Shown here piece by piece: positions 33,101-43,500 of a stretch of 64,000 nucleotides of DNA. The notes under the pieces were generated by a model. It was not told where the DNA came from, searched no databases, and worked only from the letters and a program-made list of their open reading frames with translations. The position numbers and the translations under genes were made by a program. The stretch is taken from assembly GCF_016432865.1 (NCBI RefSeq), contig NC_067399.1:640832001-640896000 (forward strand). The letters are read 5' to 3'. Within the stretch, counting starts at the first letter, position 1, and each line of letters begins with the position of its first letter. This DNA comes from Antechinus flavipes. Lineage: Eukaryota.

Positions 33101-36100
33101 GTGGAAAAATGGAATCAGTGAGGGTTGACTTCTCTTTCAAGAAGTTAGGTAGTAAAAAAATAATAATAATAAAGCAAAGATAATAAATCAAACAGGTCAG
33201 AGGGCTGCTGTAGGATTTATAATCCAGACTTTTATTTTACAAAGGAGGAAACCAAGATCTACAAAAGTTAACCAGCTTGCCCAGTCATCCAGTGAGACCT
33301 GGCGCCAGAACACAAGCTTTTATTACTCTTTGCATTGTTGCATACTGCTTCAATGTTTGTCCACTGGCTAAATAAATGATTGACATTTAACATTTTAACA
33401 ATTAGAACTGTTACAAAAATGAATGTATTGCATCAACAGTTAGAAGGTTCTGTTGCTAGCCGTCTTTAAGCAGAGGCTAGATGACCACATGCTGCCTTCT
33501 GAGGTGCCTTTGACTTATTCTCTGATTTAAGAGTTTATACCCCTAAAATGAGGATAAATCCAACAGCCCGACAGCTAAGGCAACTGGGAATCTTTGATCT
33601 TTTGGACAATCTCCACTACATCCACACACTGCCCAAGCACAGTGCATTCATATGTTGTTCATTTCTCAGAGGGGGGAGAACGAGGGTATTGGATTAATTC
33701 TGCACTTTCACAGTTATGGACTTTGGCTTTTTATGTAAGATGACATTGCTTCATTCCAGCCTGTTACCTCTGTCCCTTTATTCCTGTGTCCCCTCAGGTC
33801 AGTGAAGTTTAACAAGGGTTATGCTGCCCTCAACCAAAGTGCAGATGAAAATCTGGTGTCTCTCGATTCAGACAGGTGAGTTTTTCCTCTTTCTAGAAAA
33901 GAGCAGGAGGAAGTTGGGAAAAGAGACAGTGAATACTTACCTAGATTCCTCCTGGTTCTTTTCTGGGAATAGGAACTGCCAAGAATGGCTTGGCTTCTGA
34001 ACTAATGGGTCATGCCATTCTGTGGAGTTCAGCTATCCTTCTGTTTGTTTGAACTGTAGGCCTTGGCCAAGACTGTCACACAGCTGTTTGGGTTAATATA
34101 AGGTGGAAGGATGGCACAATCACGATCACCTCTTTACTGATCTGGGAGGTCCTTCAGTAATTAGTTGGCCTGTGCCCAGGATCTCTTTATCCTTCCTCTC
34201 CATCTGGTTGTAGTTGTCATTGAGGGTTAGATTTCATCCTTATATTTTATTATTATCTTCTCTTTTCCTAGTGATGGAGAATTGGAATCCAGATACTCAT
34301 CAGGCTATTCCTCTGCAGAGGCAAGTACGCAGTCCCCATCTAGCAGTATGTAATCCGCCCTTCCCCAGACCCTAAACCCCAACAAGCTTCATTGATGGGG
34401 CTCTAGAGAGGTCATGTTTTTTTTTCAGAACCTAGTCTGGAGTCCCTTTTTGGAATGTAGTCTTCTGTTCCCCAAGATGTCAGCCAGGTGTCTGGGGTGC
34501 CTTTGGAGAAGGTTGATAAAAAAGGGGTATTGAGTCACTCCCTAGCAGTTCTTGTTTGTTAGCATGTGGTTTCTAGAAGAACAATCTTGCTGTATGTCTT
34601 GTGAAATGATATTGGAAGTGGGGTGAGCTCTCTGCCTTAATGACATCTGCCAGCAGATTTTCAGGGAGGGGTCCAGGTGCTTTATTGTTATATAATGTGC
34701 TTTTTTGTCAGTGTCCAGTACTGCCCATGCCTTCAGGGAAGAGACTGGGGGCCTTGGGGATTCTGCTACAGTGAACAGTGCCAGTTAATGGGCGCATACT
34801 TGTTATGCAGGGACTGAAGGATGAGGAGACCTGCAGCACCCACTCTTGCATGGGTGATGGGGACCCTCAGTGAGTCTGAGCAGGAAGAACACTGAATTTG
34901 GACCCAGGAGATGTGGGTTCAGCTTCCAGCTCTGCTGTTTACTTCTTCTGGGCCATGTAGCCTCTACCCAGCTCCTAGTTTTCTCACTATAATACCTCCT
35001 TAACAGGTTTGCTAGAAGGAACAAATGAGGAGGCATGTAATAAGTGCCTTCTGTGTGCCAGGTGCTAGGATCTCAGCTACTGCCCTTGGGGCTCTCCCAT
35101 TGTAAAGGGCTCCTGGGGCTGGGAGGGACATGGCCCCAGAGCAGCAGCATCTCCATCAGGAACTTGAGTACTTGCTTTCTCTCCCACTGCTGCTTCCCTT
35201 GTAAGGCCCGCTCCTCGTTGTGGAGTGACCTAGTTCTGTAGTAGAGCACATGGCTCCTAATGACAAGGAGCCACTTTGGGAGCCAATTGAGCACTGAAGC
35301 TGCACTTGAACTTGGGTCTTTTTGCTGCAAGTCCAGCATTCTCACTATGCCACTTAGCTGGTTATTAACAGAAAGATTATGGTCACCATATCCTTGGTGA
35401 AATGCTGATGTGCTAATTCAGCCTCATCCTCCAGACATTGACTTTCCCCACCAGTTCAGGTCTTGTCTCTTCAGTTCCCACAGACCTCTGCCCTTCATTC
35501 TGATCTCTCTAGCTGTACTCCAGGGCCCTTGTTTGGGGCCTTCTTTAGCTCTGTCTCAGGCTGGGGTTTGATTGGGGCGATTCCATCAGTAGAAGAACTC
35601 ATCTCTGAAGGCAGATTGGCATCTTCTATCTTGTTAGCCAGTGACTTGCCCAGGATCAGGGATGTTTTGGAAGCTGGGCTGATGTCTACTGCCCATGTGA
35701 CTCTGGACAGCTCACTGGGGAATTCCCTGTACCAGTGAAACCACAGGAACTGGCTTTGGCCTCTACTTCTCAGGAAACATGTGCCCCTTCTGGCTTTGTC
35801 TTTGATTTCCAGGGCAGGTTTTTCAAGTTGAATAGAATTGACCCTAGGTAGAGAAGCCAAGAGAACCAGGGAGCTGATATTTTCTATAAGGGGAGTTGGG
35901 TTGGGGCTCTGGCTTTGTCATTTCCCTTTCATCATGCCCAGAGAGTGCCCCTGCCCAGTGGCTCTTGGAGGCTCTCTGCTCTTTGGAATCAAATAAGTCC
36001 GATGTACAGCAAGACCACAGGTCTCTGGGGAGAACAGTGTGGCAGAGATGTCAACCAGGATATAGCAGGCCCATCTACCAATAGCAGCTGACCACTGAGG

Positions 36101-36341
36101 GCATGTGACATAATTACTTTTGCACAGCACTTAATCTTACCAGGCTTCTAATCATCTCTTCCTCTTCCCTCAGCAGGTGAATCAGGATCTGAACCGGCAA
36201 TTGTTGCAAGATGGGTATCACCTGGATGAAATGCCGGATGATGAAGATCTGGATCTTATTCCTCCCAAGCCTATGGCCTCCTCCTCCTGCACCTGCTGCT
36301 GCTGCTGCCTCGGGGAAGCATTCTCCTGTACTGTCCAGTAG
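29794..36341 (+). CDS. FAM219B: FAM219B, spliced CDS join(29794-29922,30436-30535,31376-31463,33798-33875,34272-34320,36174-36341), 203 aa
   Basis: Exons of 129+100+88+78+49+168=612 nt join in frame. Motifs [56 protein letters not shown] and [28 protein letters not shown] match FAM219B; Cys-rich C-terminus ends in CTVQ*. Confidence 0.93.
30436..30535 (+). CDS. FAM219B: FAM219B exon 2
   Basis: Acceptor ccttgcccccgcag|; encodes [33 protein letters not shown]; donor C|GTGAGT. Confidence 0.9.
31376..31463 (+). CDS. FAM219B: FAM219B exon 3
   Basis: Acceptor ttttccag|; encodes [28 protein letters not shown]; weak donor AG|GTTCCT. Confidence 0.93.
33798..33875 (+). CDS. FAM219B: FAM219B exon 4
   Basis: Acceptor ccctcag|; encodes [25 protein letters not shown]; donor AG|GTGAGT. 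Confidence 0.96.
34272..34320 (+). CDS. FAM219B: FAM219B exon 5 (followed by a GC donor)
   Basis: Acceptor cttttcctag|; encodes [16 protein letters not shown]; the only in-frame exit is GAG|GCAAGT. Confidence 0.9.
36174..36341 (+). CDS. FAM219B: FAM219B exon 6 coding part
   Basis: Tandem acceptor cctcag|cag|; encodes [55 protein letters not shown]; TAG at 36339-36341. Confidence 0.96.
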   Translation, partial: QVNQDLNRQLLQDGYHLDEMPDDEDLDLIPPKPMASSSCTCCCCCLGEAFSCTVQ

Positions 36342-38863
36342 GCAGTGCCTGCCTGGGGGGACAACACAAGAGGGACAGTAGCCTGGGACCTCTTAACTCT
36401 GGTCCTCTACTTCCCTGGAGGGCAGACTATCAGCACCAGACTCATCATTTAGGAAGGTCAGTGACTTGCAGGAAACTACCACGATGTTTCAGACCAAAGG
36501 CTCTGGAGGACAGAGTTCAGGGAGGGGGGGAGTCCATGGGACTGGATAGGAGGGCTACATACAGCTTCTGTCTGATGCAGCAGTCATCTTGGCAGAAGAT
36601 GCTTCCCTCTTACAGGGAAGGAAATGCAGGATTTTTTCTTAAGAATAAGGGTAACAAAATTTGTTTTGTTTTAGAGAAGTCATCAACTCTTGAAATTAGC
36701 CTACTTATCATTTGAGTGCAATGGATGTTGATTTGACATTCTCTATAGGAGCATCTGCTTTCTAGTGTAGTGTATTCAGGATATTGTATGGTAAGGTGAG
36801 GAAAAGGAGTTTGAGGCAGCTGCCCTTAGCTAAGGTGTCTTTAAGGAGAATTTTGGTCCCTTGGGATTCTGATAGAAGGAAGCTTTGCTGGCCTTGGCAA
36901 GGCCCAAGGAAGCCAAAGTGAAATGTGTACCTTCTCTGTAGGTGCTGCTGGTGGGCTTTCCCCTTCCCCTAAGCCTGGATGAGCCCACTGCTTTGGCAGT
37001 GTTGGCTGTGGCCTGCTATAATGACCAATTTCCAAAATCCTGGGAGTTGTGAAGCTGCTGTGATTGGCCAAGACCCCATAGTTAGGTGCTGTGGCTGCTT
37101 TGTATAGCTAGCTTTTCTCTCTCTCCCAACCTGCATTTATTTATTTATTTATTTATTGGGTTCTGGTTTTTTGCTTTTGGCCTTATTCTTGTCCAGCTCC
37201 CCAGTCTTTTTCCTGGGTGGATGGCATTCAGATATTGGGGGAGAGGGGGCTGGCCCCCAGCTTTGGTGAGGAGACAGACCAGAAGTTTTTGTAATTTTTA
37301 TTAAGAACTCTGGAGTCCTGGATTGAGGAGGGCTGTCCGAAAGGGTTAGAAGTCTGATGTATGTTTTAGCCCAAGGAATAGAAAGTAGGAGTTGGACAAA
37401 CCAGGGAAGTAGTGACCAAAGAGGCTGACTATCCTCAAGCTGGACTCTCCTGCTCTTCTGCTACTCCCTTCTTGGTGGAGCTCTGCAAGCCCTCAAGGCA
37501 GGCCCAAAGCGACAGATGTTCTTAGGTTTTCATTTTCACTCAGGAGTGGAGGACCCAGGTGTAACATTTAGACAGAAGACCTTGGGATTGACCTTTGAAT
37601 TCTGTTTAGATTCAACAGATGGGCTCAGCTTCCCCCTGGGTTTTTATTTTTCTTTTTGGTTAGTTTGTCTTGTCTAAGACAGAGCTCTGTTTCTAGGAAG
37701 AAGGGAGTGTGTGGGCCATGTTGGGAGCTGGTGTGGGATTGTGAATGTACCAGTCTAAGACTCCCCTTGGCTATCTGGCATCTTAGGGTCATCTTCCTCA
37801 CAGAATCTTTTCTTTAGGGGACTCCATGTAGCAAGTCGGTGCTTGGTCCCCTGGTTCTGAATAAAGAGGGATGTTAAGGGAATCAGGACAGCTGCAGAGG
37901 TGCTTCAGGACCTCTGGACTCCATTAATCTGGTGTCCCTCCTCTCAATCTAGAGGAGATCTGTGGGGCCTGCTAGATCCAGACTGGACAAGAAAAAGGCA
38001 GAGGGATTTCAGAGACAACCAAACACAAACAGAAACTTTTTTTTTTTTCCTACTTTTGGTTTCCATCTCAGACCCCTTTGGAGCAGAACAACTGCTGCAG
38101 TTGTTCACTGTAGTTGTCTACTTACAGGATGTGTGTGCATCTGTATTCCCAAGTTGTTTTATGGCTTATTGTGTGTGTGTGTGTGTGTGTTTTTGCAAAG
38201 AATGATAACAGATGAGTAGGAAGAAAAGAAGCATTGGAAGGATGTAGGACAGGGGGGTCATTAAAAGCACAGTTACTTTTTCTCCATTATGGAGTTTTTT
38301 GTGGGGTAACAGAAGGCCTTGAGTGAGGTTCAGATAGTCAATCCCTCAATGGGATGAAAGGACAGAAAAGCCTGGAGTCCAAGGCTGTTTCTAGGCCCAG
38401 AATTAGGGTACTGTTCTGACCCACTGCTCTCTAGCCCTTGGCTTTCCACCCCAGCTATTTTTGATTGTCTCATTGTCATGAAAAGAGCTTCTGAAGTTTC
38501 TGGCACTAATGTCCATCCTGCCTCACAGATCACTGGAGGATTCCACTATAACTGATGCTGTAAAGGCTCTGGGTAGAAATTGTAAGGGAGTGGCTGGCTG
38601 CTGAACAGTCTGGTCAACAAGCCATCTGTCTGGAGCCACCAAGCTGCTTGGAAGCTAGTCTGCTGAAGCCCACTAGTGACAGGGTTGCTTTAGGTCACTC
38701 ACCTTCTGGTGCTCTGCAAGTGACAATCAGTACACTTGAGAAAATGGACAGGTTTGTTTTGGCTACTCAATCTTGGGGCGGATTTATGTGGTGTACATAA
38801 GTATGTATATTCAGAGATGTGTATGGCTTAGAGTTTTCTATCATGAGCAGAGTTTATAATATC

Positions 38864-38869
38864 AATAAA
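38864..38869 (+). terminator. FAM219B: Candidate distal FAM219B polyadenylation signal (others: AATAAA 37860-37865, ATTAAA near 38260)
   Basis: AATAAA in an AT-rich context followed by GT-rich sequence (ctgtgtgtgt) about 20-30 nt downstream. Confidence 0.65.
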
Positions 38870-40361
38870 TTTCTTCATGCTACAGGATCTCTGTGTGTGT
38901 CAATGTTGTGGGGGCTACTAGCATGAGCCCCCCAGGTGAGAGAGAAAAAATCTGGACTTCTGCATCCTAGAGATCTGTTCTTGCTTGAAGGAACAAGGAC
39001 TTTTGGGCACCGCCATGCTTCTCACTTGTCACTGCAGTGACAGCCTGTGCTGGCCCTGGGTGATAGCACCTCATCTGCACTTTGATTCACTCTTAGCCCA
39101 GAGCCTTTTGTAGAGGGGTCAGCTGGCAGGGAACCGGTCTGTGTGCTTTCATTGGTACAGGAAATTTTCTCTCCAAGCTGGCATTGTCTGAAGTGCTGAG
39201 AGTTGGCGTCTTGCCCTGGTCACCCGGCCAGTCAGAGGAGAGGACAAAATTGGACACAAGTCTGCTGGGCCCTGAGGTCATCAAGACATGACATCACAGG
39301 CCCCCAAAGCTAGGGATTTTTTGCTTATACCCATTCCTGATTCCCCCCACCATTACCAACTAGCTCTTATCCAGTTCTCCTGTGTCACCTCAGATGGCTG
39401 GATTCAGCCTAGGCCCTGTGAATGGCAGCTGCAGGATTCTCCTGCCACCCACCCGCCACTCCTCTGAGCTGCCTGGGACTAGGGAACATGGGAGCCCAGC
39501 ATGACGTCCAGTGCTTGTTGAACCTCACAAAAGGTCTGAAGTCAAACTGAAGCCTCAGTTCTGGCATCTTGGAAATGAATGTCCCTATTCTGCCACCCCC
39601 TGGCCGTTATTTTAGTCACCACAGGGTAGGCACCTCCCTGGTCCCAGGGACATTTCTTTTGAGAGTTCAGACAAGCCCCTGGGGAGCCCGTTACAGGAAA
39701 CCCAGATTCCAGCCCCCCCATCAGATCCCGGCTGGCCTAGCTTAGTCCCTCGGCAGCTCCATGAGATGCTGACCTGCACTGACAGAAGTTCCTCCTGTGG
39801 ACGCTTAACGTCAAAATCAAGATAACACAATCAGGAACACCAGAGGGAACTAGGGTGTCAACAGATGCTTGTTGGAAGTGTGCTAGAAACAGAGAGCTCT
39901 ACCGAGGGTCGGGCGAGGAAGCCTGCCAGCGAGTCGGGACTGGTTGTGGGGCAGCCCCCATCCTGCAGAAAGCCCCCGGGTCTGCCCCAGGGGGCGAGCC
40001 TCCTACAGACTGAAAGGCCCTGCTGCGGTTCTGAGTGTCAGCCCCAGCAGGCCCAGGGTCTCCCACAGCAGCACCCCAGGCCACATTACGTGGTCGCTGT
40101 TACCTTACAGGTGCACAGCGCCCCCTTCCCCCCAGTCCAGCACCTTGGCGGGGCAGTCAGCGTGTGCTTGCATCCCTCCAGAGAGGGCCGCCCCCCGCCC
40201 CATAGAAGAGGTCCCTTCCCCACTCCTGCGGAGGTGCTGGTGGTTTCTGGAGCTAGGTAAGGAACACCGCTGGCATGATGCTTGGGCCTACTTTCTTGCA
40301 GCTGCTCAGACACACATCACAGGCCTGATGGAGACCACGGGGATTACTAAGGCGAGGCGCG

Positions 40362-40577
40362 CTAGAGCACACAGCAGGCCCGGAACATCACCATGTCTTC
40401 CTCCGGACTGATTTCCAGATGGAGAGACTCCTTGGCCGCGATGAAGACCACGGTGCCGCGCTGCAGCTGGAGGAAGTTTTCTGACCCCGTGTTACCCTTG
40501 GCTTTTCCCCTCACCACCAGGAGGATGCTGGCTGACGCGATGTTGGCAACCATGTAGAAATGGACGGAGGCAGGAAT
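40362..40577 (-). CDS. MPI: MPI exon 8 coding part
   Basis: Acceptor ttcccctag|; encodes IPASVHFY...[15 protein letters not shown]...FRACCVL then TAG. Confidence 0.96.
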   Translation of the reverse strand: MPASVHFYMVANIASASILLVVRGKAKGNTGSENFLQLQRGTVVFIAAKESLHLEISPEEDMVMFRACCVL

Positions 40578-43500
40578 CTAGGGGAAGAGAAGCATGTGGA
40601 ACCAAGATGGGATCGGGGCCTTGACCCAGATCAGAGGAGCACCGCCTGAGGGTCATAACGAGTTTTAATAAGATAACTTCATGCACGAGGGCAGCCAGTG
40701 TCTGACCTGGGGGTACCAGAAGGGCCAGGGTCCTCCAGCTTACCTTGATGTGTAAAACGAGGAATTCAGCTACAGGTGGATTATAGATGGAGATATAAGG
40801 GTCGATTTCATCAGGCACAGGATGAAAGAGTTTTGAACTGCTTGGGGCTGGAGTGTAGTTGAGCATGTCACACAGGGTTTTCACATCAATGAACTTGGGT
40901 GTCAGACCGGCCCGCACTGTATTGTCTGAGCATGCCATACACTCCACACAGTCTAGGAAAGGTGGACACACTGGTGAGTCTGCCTCATTTTCCCCTCTCC
41001 CCTAGCATTCTCTCCCTAGGAGCCAGAAGACAGAGATTCCCCGACCATCGAGCTCTTGCCACAGCACCCCATCTTTTTTTTTTTAATAATTACAACTTTT
41101 TATTGACAGGCGGCACCCCATTTTCAAACCACTAGCTATCCCTGACACATCCAAGCCCCCTATCCTTGAAGAAGGCAGCCCTTCCCCTTCCCCCCCCCCC
41201 CCCCCCATGAGAATTACTCAAGGGAAGTGTTCACTAATAGGCCCTTTATCCCTCCATTGCCCAGCTTTATTTTAGGAAGAATTATCAAACTTGGGGGCCA
41301 CAGGCCAGTGCCAGATTAAAATATAACTGAAATGTTTAACAAAATGAAATATAAGCCTCATAGTTAAACGTGGTTTTTAGGTCAACATATGGCCCCTAGG
41401 AAGTTTGACAGCACGATAAAGCACCTGCACATTTCTCTCCAGCCCTCCTCACTGCATCATATTTAAGCATATGGCTCTCCTGCCGAGACCCTGTGGAACA
41501 GGAAGCCAGCCCAGAGGCCCGCCCACTCACCTCCACTTAGGTAGGCATGGGGCTCATTGGCCCCCAGGAAGATGGCCTCCCCTGGCTGTAGCACCACCAG
41601 GTTCAGGAAGTAGATGACAAAGCAGCCAATGTCACCAGGATACTCCTCGTGAAGCTTCAAGAGGAGCTCCCCGTTACTGCCGCTCACATCTTTTCCTTCT
41701 GCCACTAGATGGGAAGAAATGCAGAAGCAAGGGGGCCCCTTTAATCTGGGTGGTCTGCAGCCCTGATTTCCTCCTCTGTCAAATGGAAATACTGGCACTA
41801 CTCCAGCTTCACAGAGCTGAAATCCAAATGAGGCGCTAGGTTTTATGAACGGTCAAACAGGACAAGAATAAGCTATCCCTGTGGGCGAGGGGAGTCAGGG
41901 AGGACTTGGTGGGGGAGGCTTAAACACAGGATTTCCCTAGACCTAAGGGATAAGAGAATAGCATGAGGAAGATGTGTTGTGCCGGCAAGGAGAGGCCCAA
42001 GAGGTGAGCTCTGGATGCCGACTAAGTATGTGGTTCTCACCTGCCTGGTGCTAGTCTCTCATTCAGTATGTCTGAGCTCCCTAAGGGAAGAAACAGCTTA
42101 GTCCTCTTAAAGAGCTGAGCACAAGAGGCTCCAAGGCTTGATGGGTTCCTATGGAGCACCAGACTCTCTGTTCTTTCCTCATAAGAAGTGATAAAGTGGA
42201 TCAGAGATGGGGACAAATCAGGCCTGAGTATCTTAGGAGTCACCTAGTCCATGCAGAACACTACTACCAATTAAATGCTACCTTAAAAGTTCTGTCTTGT
42301 TAAGTACAGTTAAGCTGCAGCTCTTGTTGAAAATGAAATAGCAACAAGCCAGCGCCCACCTCAAAGTTGGTTTCACTCAGTGCCCCCCATTAGGAAAATT
42401 GGAGCATCCCAGTTGTCCCCGGGACAATGCAGAGACATGGAATTGGCTGGCCCAAGGCGCAGACAGAGCCCGCCTGTTAGCAAAGCCGTGCTACCTTCCT
42501 GAGAGATGCGCTTCACCAGGTTGCTGAGCTGTTGCTGAAAGTGCTTCTTGTCACTGTTCATCATTTGGGAGAAGCAGTCCCGAAGGGAAGAAGAGATTTC
42601 ATTTATGGTCTGGCCGATGCTCAGCTCCATCTCTTTTATTGCCTCATTGTCAATCAGCGATCGGAACTCTGGCACTTCTACAGGAAGAGGAGACAGGGGG
42701 TCAGGCCTCCTTCCACCTGCCCTAGAAGGGGCAGGGAGAAGACCTCTACATTCCCACGGTCCTGGGACCGCTGGCACAAACCAGGCAGAGGACACGCCGC
42801 TGACCAGCTTGGGGACTTTATTTCCTAGCCCCCCTCCTCAGGACCATCCATCCTGGGGCTCCTTATAGCGTTTGAGAGACATGCTGAAGCTTTAGAACCT
42901 AATATTTGTATCTAATACATCCCATCTGAACGGGACTTCCAACTTTTTTAGAAGTCCTTAAGATGGCTGCTACTCAGGTTCCCAGTCGTCCCCTTTTCTT
43001 CCATAGTTCCAGGCCTGCCCCCCTCCTCTCCCCTCCACCCTGGTCTGTGACCTAGCCTAGCCTTACTTTGAAGAAATCCCAGGATCTCCGGGATAGGCCG
43101 GAAGCCACATAAGGCCTGGAAAGGAGTGAGGGCGATGGCCATCTCTGGCTTATGGTTTATGTCCGGGTAGTGTTCAGGAGCCTGCATATGAAGCCTCATT
43201 GCCAGTTCCTATAAGGGAGTCAGGGAGATAGAACTGTAAACTTTAGGACCGCTGGCCAACTCCCAAAAGTTGGCCCAAAGGGCCTCAACTGTCCCTTGGA
43301 GGCATTCCTGGACCTCTGCTCCCCCCTTCCCGCTGTGACCTGCCTACCCTTATGCAAACAGCTGGTGCCGAACAATAGGGGCAAGCCAGTTTGCCCCAGT
43401 CTACTCTGCTCAGCATTCTTGGATTGTTTGGCTTTAGTTACAAGTCTGGCTCAGCAGGGACCAGCCAGGGGCCTGGCCTAGAAGCCATCTGTTAATCCCC

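Noticed and set aside
33933-33942. ATACTTACCT, identical to the U1 snRNA 5' end (a perfect antisense donor)
   Set aside because: Only 10 nt with no further U1 sequence; expected about 0.1 times by chance in this window; no antisense exon could be built.
39865-40411. 131- and 155-aa + strand ORFs
   Set aside because: Antisense to the GC-rich MPI last exon and 3' UTR; low-complexity composition and no homology.
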